DNA of 64,000 bases from Octopus vulgaris (lineage: Eukaryota), in contig OX597831.1 in assembly GCA_951406725.2 (NCBI GenBank), positions 55,242,001 through 55,306,000 on the forward strand. Reading direction: 5' to 3'. The notes below the pieces were generated by a model. It saw nothing but the letters and a program-made list of their open reading frames with translations, was not told the DNA's origin and searched no databases. Of the stretch, positions 28,991-42,449 are shown piece by piece; within the stretch, counting starts at the first letter, position 1; each line of letters opens with the position of its first letter. A program made the position numbers and the translations under genes.

Positions 28991-30184
28991 GACTATGTAG
29001 CAGATCTCCTACCTCATTAAACACCTCGGCTATTAATGTTCAATGTTTTAGATTCATCTGATTCATATTACGTTGGTCAGTTTGTTACTTGATATGAAAG
29101 AAGAGGGCAGAGAGGAGAAGAGAGAAGGGGAGAAGAGCAGGGGAGGAGAGTAAGGGGAGAAAAGCAGGGAAGAAGAAGAAGAAGAAGAAGAAGAAGAGAT
29201 AAAATAACAAGAGAAATGAAGGAAAGGAAAGAAGGAATGAAGGAAAGGAAGAAAAAGGAAGGAAAGAAAGAAAGAAAGAAGGAAAGAAACCAGGGCTGTA
29301 AAAAGCAGAAGTTAATAAATGCTTCAATTAAGTAGCTAGTTTGGTTCATCTGACAAGATGTGTTTGTGTTCACTATTTCACTGCCATTTGTATTACCGTT
29401 GGCCTGTTTCCACACCCATATTTTTCCCATCGCTCTCATCACTCTGCCTTTGACATCATTGAAACATCTGTATTGAGAAAATAAAGTTATGAAGCAGTTC
29501 CTATTGTTCTGCTTTATTACTTTGTCACATGGCCTTGTTTTTATGGAATCGGATTCCCGTTGTTGCATTTCCAGCACTTTCTGTTTGATCTATTCAGTTC
29601 AATCTTTAATGTTTCTATTAATTTCCATTGTCTTCCTGTTTAAACAGCACTTTGAACGTTGCAAGATGCCATTGTGTTCTCATATACCGAGGGAGAGAGA
29701 GAGAGAAAGAGAAAGAGTTGATGATATTCTGTGTCAGTCAATATTTTCAATCTCATTGTTTCTGTGGCAAGTACACTTTAGAGTCAAATTTGTGACCAAT
29801 GTTATTATGATTCTGAATCGTAGCAGTTTTATTACACATGCAGTGTTAATGTCACTGAGAAAAGGTACAAAATACATAAATGAGCATTACAACTCCAATT
29901 TCTCCAGCGTTGAAATTATCAGATTTTGCTACTACCACAACAAGGAAGCGTGTACATGAACATGCAAACTTCTAGAAATAGCGCCTTTTATCTTTTACTT
30001 GTTTCAGCCATTGGACTGCAGCCATGCTGGAGCAGCACCTTGAAGGAGTTTTTTCTAAAGTCAAACAGATCAACCACAGTATATATTCTTTTTGTCTCTT
30101 TTGTTGAACTGCTAAGTTATTGGGATGTAAACAAATCAACACTGGTTGCTAAGTGTTGGGGGAAGGCAGACACATATGTATATG

Positions 30185-30237
<53 letters not shown>

Positions 30238-30833
30238 ACACACAAACATACATATGCAAACACACACACACACACACAATGGGCTTCCATACAGTTTCTG
30301 TCTACCAAATTCACTCACAAAGTATTAGTCGACATAAGGTATTAGCCCAAAATGCTGCACAAAATGAACCTGAAATTACATAGTTGCAAAGTGAGCTTCC
30401 TTCAAACAGAAACCTACCATCTTAAACAAGGAAGGCCATATTGAATGACATAGTAATTCCCTAGTGTTCCTTTCCTGAGACACTGGCATCATAGCAAACT
30501 ACATCCACAAAGTTTGTTTTTTTTTCCATTTTACTACATTACCTGTAATTATAAATTCCAAATGTTAGCATACTTGTGCTATCAATAAGGATATCAAATA
30601 TGTTCATTTTTAAGTAAATGTATTGTAAACAATCATAAAATGTAATTAAAATATATGTGATTTGTTAACACTCTTGAGATTACTTCTCATTCTATGATAC
30701 AAATTTCCTGTTTTGAAGTGATTTAATTAAAACTTATCTAAATTTCATATTAATCCATGCTCCAAATACCAGCTTAAGACGGATAGTTATTTTCCTAACT
30801 TCTTTAATTAAAAAATTTTAATACAAACAGACA

Positions 30834-31493
30834 TTCGTATGGATGAGGATAGCTGTGTGAAGTGTCACACCCTAACAGTGAAGGGAACCTGTGGAAGAGG
30901 TAGATCCAGGATGATACGGGATGAGGTGGTGAAGCACAACCTTCAAACATTGGGCCTCACAGAGGCAATGACAAGTGACCAAGACCTTTGGGGATATGTT
31001 GTGCTTAAGAAGATCCAGCAAGCCAAATGAGACCATATCCATGGCCGATGCCCGTGTCACATAACTGGCCCATTTAAAAGTACCCTTCAGTTGTCGGGCA
31101 ATATGCTGTGCTTGAAAAGACCTTTTGAATTAAGTTAAATTGTAATCGTGGTTGATGCCAGTGCTGCCTTACTAGCACCCGTACAGGTGGCATATAAAAA
31201 GCACCATTCAAGCGTGGTCGATGCCAGTGCCACCTGACTGGCTCCCATGCTTGTGGCACATAAAAAGCACCATTCGAGTGTCATCAATGTCAGTGCTTCC
31301 TGACTGGTCCCCGTGCTGGTGATATATTAAAAAGCACTATACTCTTGGAGTGGTTGGCGTTAGGAATGGCATCCAGCTGTAGAAACCATGCCAGATCAGA
31401 TGGAGCCTGGTGCAGCCACCTGGCTTGCCAGTCCTCAGTCAAACTGTCCAACCCATGCCAGCATGGAAAGCAGACGATGATGATGATGATGAT
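30834..31493 (+). mobile_element. RTE LINE 3' end (C-terminus, 3'UTR with ~65-bp internal repeats, (GAT)n tail)
   Basis: VKGTCGRGRSR...DEVVKHNL...DLW; three TAAAAAGCAC units; tail gatgatgatg. Confidence 0.8.
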
Positions 31494-31744
31494 GAGACAG
31501 TGTATTTCAACAGAAATATGGCAACAAAGGGAACATTGAGCATTGGAATAACAAGAAATTGACATCCGTGTAAAATAAAAGGAAGATTGATATCACTGGA
31601 TTTTAATACACAAATTAATGTTAATATCTAAATAATATCAATTAAATTTTTGTTTAGGATTAATATGCCCTCTAGTATCTAACTATTAATCATTATTTGT
31701 CCATATATAGCCATTAGTATATAGTCCATATATACTAATAGTTA

Positions 31745-31855
31745 GCCCACTAGTAGTACTCTTTCATTGAAAAAAAAGCAAATTATATATGCATAAGATG
31801 GTGTGCCCATGGGCTCTCCGTTCTGGCCTACATTTGCTGCATCTTATATGGCCAA
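31745..31855 (+). mobile_element. Penelope-like RT remnant
   Basis: DGVPMGSPFWPTFAASYMA (31797-31853) resembles the PLE RT motif GxxMGSPLxPxxAxxxM. Confidence 0.65.
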
Positions 31856-34800
31856 AAAAATAAATAAATTAAATTAAAATAAAGAGGTACAAAGATACAC
31901 TATATGTAGAGTATATAAAATTAATCAACTGCATACTAACTCAGAACAGATGAACACATTATCAAAGCACTTTGGGGAACAGAACACAAAATGGATTGGA
32001 CCAAAACATAAATTAATACTAATAACACACTAGAAAAACACTAAAATATATGACAAGCCTCTTTCAATTTCCCTCAATCAAATCCCCTCACAAGGTTTTG
32101 GTCAGCCCAAAGCTATAGTAGAAAATACTTGCCCAAAGCACTGCAGTGGCATTGGACCAGATACCACATGGTTGGTAAGCTAGATTTTTAACCTATCATA
32201 TACATATTTTCTATCATTTACTTGCATCAGTCATTTGACTGCAGCCATGTTGGAGCACAACCTTGAAGGGTTTTAGTTGAACAAATCAACCTCAGGACTT
32301 ATTTTTTAAGCCTAATATTTATTCTATCAGTCTCTTTTGCTGAACTGTTAAGTTATGGTCACATAAACACAGCAACACTAGCTTTCAAGTGGTGGTGGGG
32401 GACAAACACAGACACAAAGACACACACACACAAATAGTTCACAGATGAGATCCAGATATTTCCCATATAAAAGACATTTAGTAATGCTCAAAAGATTCAG
32501 ACTTATACTCTGATGTCTTTACAAGGGATAATTCCACAAGGCAAAGAAAAGCTATAAAAGGGATCAGATTGAGTGGGTATAGAAACAATTATGGGAATAA
32601 ACAAATTAGACACATCAACTATATTAAATATATCAAATACATCAAATACTGTATTTAATATATTTGATGTGTCTCATTTGTTTACTACCATAATTGCTTA
32701 TTCACACACACACACACAAATACGATGGGCTTCTTTCAGTTTCTGTCAACCAAATCCACTCACAAAGCTTTGGTTGGTCTGCGGCTATAGAAGAAGACAC
32801 TTGCCCAAGGTGCTATGCAGTGGGACTTAACTTGGAATCATGTGGTTGGGAAGCAAGCTTCTTACCAAACAGCCATGGATGCACCTATTTATATGCCAAA
32901 CACCTTGAAAGTTTTTATCAAATGCTTCGTAAATCTATCTCCCAACCTGTGTATATGCATGTGTATCTGTATACACACATACACACAGATATGGGAATCT
33001 GTATCGAGCATTCAACCTCTTTAAATCCCATTCAATTATCATAATTTATCCCTAAAGACAGGGTTCCTCTCTTTACTTTCACCTTTAGCTTCTATTAATA
33101 CTTAGAGAAGTTGATATGAATTTCTTTGGGGGCAAAAAAAGCCTAACCTCAGTGCTCATATATTAACACAGTTTTTATCATAATCAAAGAGTAGTCAAAT
33201 AGATTTCTTTGTCAGTAATTTTCTCAACAATTCAGTAATTTGACTCAACAAATACACACATTTTGGGTTATATCCAAAAGAAACCTGACCACCTGAGAAG
33301 CTAACTTTCATTCACTAACACATTTCAATTTGCTTTTCATTTAGCAGTGTCTACCTTCTGAGCTTACTAACACTATAGTGCTTTCACCTAAACTTATTGT
33401 TTTATCAATCATCATTCGTCTTCTTGCTCATTACTGTTGCAGCATCTCACTTTTCTTAATCCTTCATACCTAAAACTTCAAATCTTTACCAGTGTATCTC
33501 TGGCTGTCTTCCATTCAGCCACTGATGTTCAAAGTTCAAATCTAATATCATCCATATTCATATTACCCAACTTAATCTGCTCTTTCCCCCCATCACCCAC
33601 CTTTAGGAACACAAGGAAAAGCTATAATCACAGCTTCTTCTTCTATGACAAAATCATAATATTAAAAAAAAAAAAATCCAATAGAGGATTATTAAAAATA
33701 AATATTTCCTTTTACCTCAACCTATAATATACTGTTATGAAGAGATTTCTTACCTAAACCAATTCCTTACAATTCAGGACAAAAGATAATTTGTGTGTCA
33801 ATGTATAAAATGCACATACATACACATACACTCACACACATACATACTTACATACATACTAATAACTGTTACAGTCTCCTAGATGCAACAGCCATTTAAA
33901 ATACCATAACAGCAGGCCACTTCCTTTATGATTGATCTCTAAAAAAAAAACACTGCATATAAAAAAGATGCTTATAAAAAAATATGCTTATAAAAATGTA
34001 TTAAAAAAAAGCAATAAAATATAATGTTTTGGTACAATTTCATGCAACAGAGCTTTTCAAGTTACTGATATCTAACAGAAATAGGATATAAATCAGAGAA
34101 TGGGGGTGGAGGGAGAGAAGGCAGACAGATAGAAACAGACAAAATAAAACAACATACAAAAGAAAGCTGCTAAGTTGAATGGTCTTTGATGTGATATCTT
34201 CCACCATAAAATATTGGTATTGATTCAATAAGGTTTGTTATTATCTCCTTGGTTATTTCTAAAGTAATTATAGTATCAACCTGCAATCTAATCTTCCTGG
34301 ATATTCATATGAAAAATAATGTACAACAAAAGTATAAATTTTATTGATTTTCCAATGGTTCCTCACAGAACACAGAGAACCCATGATGTGGCTTCTCTAA
34401 AAATCTTACATAAACTCTGGAAGCAGATACTTATTGAGAGGCATAGAATAAGAGCAATTACCTTTTGAATGATAATTTAAAGGCAATTCTCAATATAGGT
34501 GAACACTAACAACATACTTTGTTCTTCATGAAATAGCGGTATGACAATTTTCAAAAAATAGTTTCCTTCTTTTTCTTGTTATATACTCACTTTTTCTCAT
34601 ATAAACTTTGCTGGATAGATCTTCAAATTCAGATATTTTCATATTGATGCACATAGATATTTGACAGTTAAATATAAAATCCATCCAACAACTCTATCAT
34701 GGAGGAAAAGTGGCATCCATTTCCACTTACACTGATATAAGTAGAATAATATATATATTTTCTCTTTCATTTTTTAATAACTCTGAAGACTGAAAACTTT

Positions 34801-36289
34801 GTATTTGCAATGAGTAACTTATTTATTTACATTCTTGGTAATAACATCTGTTATTCTATTAATTTCTTGGATAAAAATATGTTCCTTTCTGTCAGAATAT
34901 GAACAAAACTCATCTTAATTAACCAATATCTTACCTAAGAAAACAAGATTTGATTCAGTATTTTTCTCAAACCTGTGAACAAAGAATACACCCACTTCAA
35001 AACTAAACATACTTATACCAATAAATAAAGTCTATAAACAAGCTTCTTGTTGGGATACAGTTAAACATAGTCATTATTAAACAATGAATTTATGTAACAG
35101 ATTTAACATAATGACTATAAACAGTGCAGTCTCATAGTGATAAGGTACTATAATAAGAAACTAAGTGTTTAATGTTGACATCATACAATAAGAATTTAAG
35201 AGAGCCATGTTGACATCTCATCTGCAAATGTTTACACAGAACATGAGTAAATATTTACTTTGCTTGTCATGAAGAAGAAAGCTGCAACTGAGAAAACTTC
35301 AAACAGAAACAATTAGATTCCAGGATTTAGCTGTGAGATGGACAATTATTTCATTCTCATAAGGTAGAACCTTATAAACAACTCTTGTACAACAACCAAC
35401 ACCTCTCCTTCAAATAATTCCATATGATCTTAAGACAATATCTTGCAACTTTTCCAAGTTAAACTTAACAAATCTCATTTCACTAGAAATTTACTACATA
35501 AATATAATCTATAATTCTAATAGTTTTATGGATGAATGAATGCCTGATATGGTTTGTTATAAATTATTGTAACATCTAGAAAGCAAATGCTTCAGATTTA
35601 AATAAAGCAATGATTAAAACAATAATATTAGCTCAAATAATTATACATAATATGATATGAAAATAATACTCTTGTTTGTAGATTGCAAAATCTTACATTT
35701 AACTACTTATGGTAGCAATAAAACTACAACTAAATAATGAGATTGTTATTATCTTACAGTCTAATGGTGGAAATATCTGTTAATAAACCTTACTTGTTAG
35801 TTTAAAGAATTGAGAACAATATCATTTAGCCATTTTGTTTTGTTTATTTCAAAAGTATTTATGTACAAAATAAAAAAATAAAAAAACATAATTGAATTTG
35901 TTTTTTAAAACTGAAAAATGTGGAAATGAAAAATCCTATTAGCTGATGGCTAATGTGTGGGAGTGGCCACGATATAAATAAAAACAAGTGTAACAAAATA
36001 AGCTGGCAATTATGTGTCCATTGTGGCTACATAATCTATGTAAAAACACAGGAGAGTGGTAAATAACAACTTCAGAGACACAAACAAAATATGAAAGGAG
36101 ATGCAAAAACAAAATGTATTTTTATGTAATGATTTACATTGTTCCTTTTAAAGACCCTTCAAATAAGAGTCCAGATAGAATTTCATCAATATAGATTTTA
36201 ATTGAATCGAAGGTTATGCTTAAATATTAGTAGAAACAAGAGCCCATGAGAAGTAACAAAAGATGGTATGAAAATGTAGCTAGACTGAC

Positions 36290-36393
36290 CTTGATGATTT
36301 TAGCTAAAATATCAGCTCCTTTCCAACTGAGGTTACAGCCAACCAGGTTAATGGCATTTAACGACATGTTGTTTTTTATGGCTCGTCCAATAG
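36290..36393 (-). CDS. CEP78: CEP78 internal coding exon (probably exon 4), 104 nt
   Basis: gttacag|CTATTG...ATCAAG|gtcagt. With the phase-1 join it reads TIGRAIKNNMSLNAINLVGCNLSWKGADILAKIIK, resembling CEP78 [34 protein letters not shown]. Confidence 0.9.
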
Positions 36394-37324
36394 CTGTAAC
36401 ATGGAAAGAAAACAAAACATATCCAACATGAGTAAAGATAATCAAAGCACCATTCAAAATAGAAATAAGTCATACTTTATATCAATATATAAACACTAAC
36501 ATTTCTGTTTGATTTCATTCATAAAGTCCAAAAGCTCATCTTTTTTAACAGTTTGATAAATATTATCTTTATACTCTTCAGTCAAGAAGGAATGGTAGTG
36601 GCCATGAGACTTTTTTTTCTCAGGTTCTCCAAAAATAGTAGTAGGAAGGGAGCAAGTTATCAGCAAACCAGGGACATGGCCTCTATGCTAGCAACAAGGT
36701 GAGCTCTGCTAAAGGTATTCAAAGACCAGGTAGTGTCTGAGTAAACCAGGTAAAATATTGGTTTCAAATTTTGCTATGAGGCCAGCAAGTTTAGGGGTGA
36801 GGGTAAGTCAATTACATCAATGCCATTACACAACTGATACTTACTTTATTGACCCCTAAAGGATGAAAGACAAAGTCAACCTCGGCGGAATTTGAACTCA
36901 AACTGTAAAGACAAATGAAATGCCACTAATCATTTTGTCTGATGTGCTAATGTTTCTGCCAGCTCAATGTCTTAACACCAGGTAAAATATTAAGTCTACC
37001 ATCCAACAGCTCAAAGCATAAAGAGCCAGGACAGATACAACAAGCTAACTAATCCAATCTCCAGCAATTCTGCTAATCCACCACCTTAGCCTGATATCTT
37101 ATTTTATCAATCTTGAAAAGATGAAAGGCAAAGCTGCCCTTGGCAGAATTTCAACTCAGAGCACTGAGAGCCAAAACAAACACTGCAGGGCATTTTGCCG
37201 TACGCTCCAAAGATTCTACCAATTCACCAAGTATATACTTTATATTCAAAGAATATTGGAATGTCATTTGTTTTAACAATGGCACAGATTTATGTGTATA
37301 TATGCGTTAGTATATATAAATGTG

Positions 37325-37620
37325 AAGGCACGTGGCTTAGTGGTTAGGGCATTCGGCTCACAATTGTAAGATCGTGAGTTCAATTCCTGGCGAAGTGTTG
37401 TGTCCTTGAGCAAGACACTTTATTTCACGTTGCTCCAGTCCACTCAGCTGGCAAAAATGAGTTGTACCTGTATTTCAAAGGGCCAGCCTTGTCACACTCT
37501 GTGTCATGCTAAATCTCCCTGAGAACTATGTTAGGGGTGCACATGTCTGTGGATTGCTCAGGCACTTACACGTTAATTTCACAAGCTGGGACCCTTGTCG
37601 TCATAACCGACGCAGTGCTC
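37325..37620 (+). mobile_element. SINE family C (tRNA head, V-domain-like core)
   Basis: gtggcttagtggttag...gagttcaattcc, then gtgtccttgagcaagacactt...ttgctccagtccactcagctg. Related heads at 39700-39985 (-) and 48340-48500 (-). Confidence 0.7.
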
Positions 37621-38117
37621 CTATATATAACTGTTAATGTATGAATATTCATTAATATGATAATGTGTGAGGTAGTCATCAAAATGAACATGTGTAAATC
37701 AGTAACAGATTTTAATGAAATTTTAGTTGCATGCACCAATAAATTTCAGTTGCATCCACAAATGAAAGAAAAAAATTAACATCTTCCACTTCCAATGTCT
37801 TTTTCATACTTTGGTTAAAAAAAAAGGTCTATTGAGAATAGACAGACACTACTATAAGAAATATAACACTAGTGGTTCTAGTGACCTAATCTTTGTACAG
37901 CAGAATCATTAGCATGCCAGGCAAAATTCTTAGTGGCATTTCTTTCAGCTTTACATTCTGAGTTTAAATTCTGCAAAGGCTAACTTTACCTTTCATCCTT
38001 TCAGGATTGATAGAATGAGTACCAGTTGAAGCACAAGGTTTCATGTAATTGACCAGCCCCCTCACCCCATACTTTCAGGCCTTGTCTTTATAGCAGAAAT
38101 AATTATCATTAATCATC

Positions 38118-38151
<34 letters not shown>

Positions 38152-38371
38152 AGACAGAGAATTGGCAGAAATGTTAGCATGCCAGACCATTGCTTAGCAG
38201 CATTTCATTTGTCTTTACATTCTGAGTTCAAATTCTGTCAAGGTTGACTTTGCCTTTCATCCTTTTGGGGTCAATTAATAAATACCAGTCAAATACATGG
38301 TCGATGTAATCATCTAGCCCTTCAGCCAAAATTTCAAGTCCTGTGCCAATAGTAGAAAGGATTATTATCAT

Positions 38372-38412
<41 letters not shown>

Positions 38413-39199
38413 AGGATAATTTTGATATCTAAAATAAAGAAGAGCATTTATTTCTCCCAAGAAATATGACACATTTCAAATTAGTATCGTAACTAGGTTT
38501 CATATCTTCCTGCTAGTGAACTGAACATACAAAAGCAAAGAGTGAGATTAAGAATTTTCAAAATGAAAGTTACTGTTTCCAATGAAACATCTGAGAGTTG
38601 ACACATTTGACTGGTTTCATATACAAAAGCTTTTAATATCAATAATATATATTATTTACCTAATGGCAGCTGTAGAAGATATATTTGTGATGATCAGCCG
38701 AGTGAGAAGTTTCAATTTCAAAACAGTTTTGTGGAGTAGTTATGATAAGTTTTATTCAAACAAATCAAAAGCAATGAAGCAAACATTTGAGAGAAGACCA
38801 CAGAAGACCACATGCTGAATGTAGCCTATCTTTTTTCCCCTTACTAATAATAACTTACTGGAACTTATATTGATAACAGAAGCATCAAGTCAATCTCTGA
38901 AACCATAAGCCATCAAACAACTTGTCAAGAATTCATTGTAGTAATACCCAAAAACTATTCTACCTTTTGATGTCAATTTATCACAATCATATGAAAAAAA
39001 ATTCAGACAGTTTTTCCCATTGATGCAGGAAGATCTTGTCAAAATAAGCTGATGTTACGTTTTTGTTTTTAATTTTCAGAAACATTATTAAAAGAAAATG
39101 TAGAGAATAACAAATGCTTTTGTTAACTTTGTTATGGTTTTAAGTTTACTATAGAAATACAAACTTTTCTAAAACACACTTGAATTTTATTATAAAATA

Positions 39200-39577
39200 C
39201 ATGCACCCCCGCCCCCATCCAATGGACAGTGCTGAGTTGTCAAATATTTAAACCAAATTTTCTCAAAACAACTTGTCCGACCATCCCATAGGCCTCCCAT
39301 TTGAGAAACACTGATTTAAGCTAAATTTGAGACACCAGCAAAAGAAGAAATAAAGATAGACTTTTTTCCATTCCAAGAAAAACAATTTTACAAATGCACG
39401 TTCCAAAAGCTTTATCGATCACATTCTCACCTGGAATCGATTTTAGTAATTCTTTCAAGACTTATACACGCCTTGATATCGTCGGTATCTACATATTAAA
39501 TTTGAGCGCAATCAGATGGAAGATGCCTGAGATCCTAGAAGACACACAGACAGACAGAACAGATTTTATATAATAGA
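39200..39577 (-). mobile_element. Helitron-like non-autonomous element fragment
   Basis: 5' end A|TCTATTATATAAAA with (GTCT)n; internal segments shared with 63560-64000. Confidence 0.6.
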
Positions 39578-40028
39578 TAATTAAATAACAAGAAACTTTG
39601 ATACATTGATACATTTTTTTCCACATTTTATTCAGTTTACTATTTCTGACTAAAAAAGGATAAAGATTCCCTTTGGTCATGATTGACCATGGGATTGCAC
39701 CTAGAAAGTTACCCTCTAAGGCACAAGTCTGGGCAAGGTTGTTTATGGAAGACCAGCATACCAGCCTCCTCTCTCCATGCCATCACTGTTATCCAAGGGA
39801 AAGACAAAGGCTGATACAGCTTCGCACCAGTGATGTCACAGCTCATTTCTCCAGATGAGTGAACTAGAGCAACATGAAATAAAGTGTCTTGCTCAAGAGC
39901 ACAAAATGCAGCCCGGTCCAGGAATCAAACTCACTACCTCATAATTGTGAGCCCAATGCTCTAACCACTGAGCCGTGCACCTTCTGACTATACATATCTA
40001 AAAGTATTCCTTATGTCCTTAACAGTTT

Positions 40029-40250
40029 TAATGTTTAGTACCTAAACCAGCCATGTCAGGCCCAAATATTCTGCCTGTTTAATATTCAAACTGGTGAAAC
40101 CCAGTCTCTCACACCGACTCTACAATGCCACTTTAAACATAAGCAGACATACCATCTAAATCTCAAAGCTACACGGTAATGCATGATTAATTCAAAATTA
40201 TGTGAATAATAAGCATTGCATTTGACAGAAATAATCTGAATAGTAAAGGG
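40029..40250. mobile_element. Second TTAA-type MITE family (related pieces at 41444-41625 and 63495-63555)
   Basis: Ends AAAGGG|TTAA; shares g(g)cccaaata(t/c)tct with the other copies; the 41444 copy starts ttgaCCCTTTAGCATTCA. Confidence 0.55.
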
Positions 40251-40379
40251 TTAACAACAATTACAGCAAAATAATGCTACTTAAAGTTATATATGGCAGT
40301 CAATGTGTAAGAACATTAAATGATACACTATACAGAGAAAATCCTGCAAATTCTGTTGTGAATTATCATTTTCATCTCA

Positions 40380-40650
40380 TCATTTGGTTGAACTTGCTTG
40401 GACATTTTTAACCCACACATGCCTTCCATCTTGGTCCTGCACTAGCAGAGGAAAGTCTTCAGGGTGGCATTCAGTGTCTTTGGTGAGATTACCTACAAAC
40501 ATTGTGTTCAGAAGACCTGCTCTAGTATGGCCATGCTTTGACATCCATAGTAGTAGGTCACTTGCCAGCTCTTGTTTAGCCTGCCAGCAATGTCTCACAA
40601 AGCGCAAGCACCTTTCCCTTCTATTGTGAGGTATATTAATACTGTCGGCG
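40380..40650 (-). mobile_element. Second RTE-like LINE family, C-terminal fragment
   Basis: RRERCLRFVRHCWQAKQELASDLLLWMSKHG resembles the RTE-type C-terminus (RxRFAGHCxR...LLLWxP). Confidence 0.55.
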
Positions 40651-40654
40651 GTGG

Positions 40655-41245
40655 CATCATCATCATCATCATCGTTTAACATCTGTTTTCCATCCTAACA
40701 TGGGTTGGACAGTTCAACCAGGGTCAGGGAAGCCAGGACGCTACACCAGGCTCCAGTCTGATCTGGCAGTGTTTCTACAGCTGGATGCCCTTCCTAACAC
40801 CAACCACTCCATGAGTGTAGCGGGTGCTTTTTACGTGCCACTGGCACAGGGGCCAGAAGAGGCTGCCAACGGCCATGATCGATTGGTGCTTTTTACGTGC
40901 CACCAGCATGGGTATCACAACTACAACTTCCATTTGATTTTTATTTTGATGTTGATGTACTTGACTCAATAGGTCTCCTCAAGCACAGAAGATCGCCCTA
41001 CGATCCAAGGTAAGTACAGCAGGCCATCCTGTGAACCATGAACTCACTTCATTTGTTGGGTCTTCGCAGTCACAGCATATCTCCAGAGGTCTCCGTCTTT
41101 CGTCATTGCCTCTGTGAGGCCCAACATTCGAAAGTCATGCTTGACCACCTCATCCCATGTCTTCCTCGGTCTACCTCTACCCCGGATTCCTTCAACTGTT
41201 TGGGAGTGGCACTGCTTCACACATCTTTCCTCATCCATCTGTAGT
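40655..41245 (-). mobile_element. RTE LINE 3' end
   Basis: VEGIRGRGRPRKTWDEVVKHDF...DLWRYAV and the same 3'UTR/(GAT)n tail as 30834-31493. Confidence 0.85.
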
Positions 41246-41253
41246 ACATGTTA

Positions 41254-41418
41254 TGTTTTGCTGAGTATGATGGAAAGTGTCAGCTGCCAACAGTCTGCAG
41301 ACTAGAATGGCACTTTTTTACTGATCGTGCTTCAAGAACCCTGTGGAGAACTCTTGCAATTCCAAGCAATGATGATTTTTGTAGGTGTTCTCTCTTTACA
41401 TTTGTATCAATGTTTTTG
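41254..41418 (-). mobile_element. R4/Dong-like LINE 3' end, inverted copy of 42526-42690
   Basis: Reverse complement aligns without gaps; about 14 mismatches in 165 nt by hand count. Confidence 0.85.
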
Positions 41419-42087
41419 GAAATGGACTCTCCCAAGACATATTTGACCCTTTAGCATTCAAATTGGTCATATCCAGCCCAAATACTCTACCTTTTTAAAT
41501 TCATACTGACCAAATCTGGTCTCTCGCATCTACCCTTATGCCATTCCTAAAATAAACTAACAAGTCGAAATCTCCAAGTTATGAGATAATGCGAGATTAT
41601 TTCTGAACAATGCAAATAAACAGGTGGGTTAAAACAAAAACATATATATTCCTTTTCTAGTTCCAAAAGTATAATCAACCAACACTTCTTTCCACAGAAA
41701 AAAAGAGAGAGGATATGAAGCAAACTTTGTTACATTTTATTTTATATTTCTACATTTTTTTCATTTTTTTATATTTAAACCCATTGTTAGATTTTTACCA
41801 AAAATGTTAATGACTGAGGGATTTTCTTTCTTTCTTGTCCATATTTTTATATGAAAAATTTTCAACTAGAGAAATGCAAAAGATCTTTATAGAGAAGAAA
41901 ATAGTTGCAACCTGACATATTTTGCAGTCAACAACATTTTAAAGATTGACATTTTAAGCATGCTTCATACTTAACATTTTAAAAGATTTGATTAAAATTC
42001 ATGCACAGGTATTACAATAACATGCACTAAGGGCATTTATTTATAGTGTTTTAATACAAAACATTTGAAAAATAAAATTGTGCTTAC

Positions 42088-42160
42088 TTTGTAAACCATT
42101 ATCTCCAATTTTGCAATGTGCAAGGCAGAAATAACTAAGAGACAAGTTTTTATTTAGTCC
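42088..42160 (-). CDS. CEP78: CEP78 internal coding exon (probably exon 3), 73 nt
   Basis: tttctttcag|GGACTA...TTACAAA|gtaagc. Reads GLNKNLSLSYFCLAHCKIGDNGLQ plus 1 nt, resembling CEP78 [24 protein letters not shown] (LRR). Phase 0 in, phase 1 out. Confidence 0.9.
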
Positions 42161-42174
42161 CTGAAAGAAACATA

Positions 42175-42193
42175 AATAATAATAATAATAATG

Positions 42194-42233
<40 letters not shown>

Positions 42234-42319
42234 TAATAATGATGAAGATGATGATGATGATAATAATGATGATGATAATGATAATAATGATGATGATAAT
42301 AATGATAATAATGATGATG

Positions 42320-42396
<77 letters not shown>

Positions 42397-42425
42397 AATA
42401 ATGATAATAATAATAATAATAATGA
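42175..42425. repeat. (AAT/GAT)n trinucleotide microsatellite
   Basis: Directly visible; abuts the acceptor of the 73-nt CEP78 exon. Confidence 0.97.
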
Positions 42426-42449
42426 AGTAGGAAATATGCAGGTTATGGG

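Noticed and set aside
29340-29660. Possible Tigger/pogo transposase N-terminus on the minus strand
   Set aside because: Resemblance too faint; no TIR or continuous frame.
31150-31330. Three spaced ~65-bp repeats (CRISPR-like look)
   Set aside because: Whole units are homologous tandem repeats within an RTE 3'UTR; eukaryotic context with no unique spacers or cas genes.
34935-34972. Minus-strand 38-nt exon-like segment (cacag|...TAG|gtaag)
   Set aside because: Does not encode the expected next CEP78 sequence and would break the frame.
36227-36457. 76-aa ORF as a standalone gene
   Set aside because: Only 36290-36393 is coding (CEP78 exon); the rest is intron read-through.
36624-36698. Plus-strand exon-like segment (ttttctcag|...AAG|gtgagc), 75 nt
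   Set aside because: Good splice motifs but no recognisable peptide or partner exon; likely a pseudo-exon without RNA evidence.
37325-37395. tRNA-like sequence with A and B boxes
   Set aside because: Continues into a SINE body; a SINE head rather than a tRNA gene.
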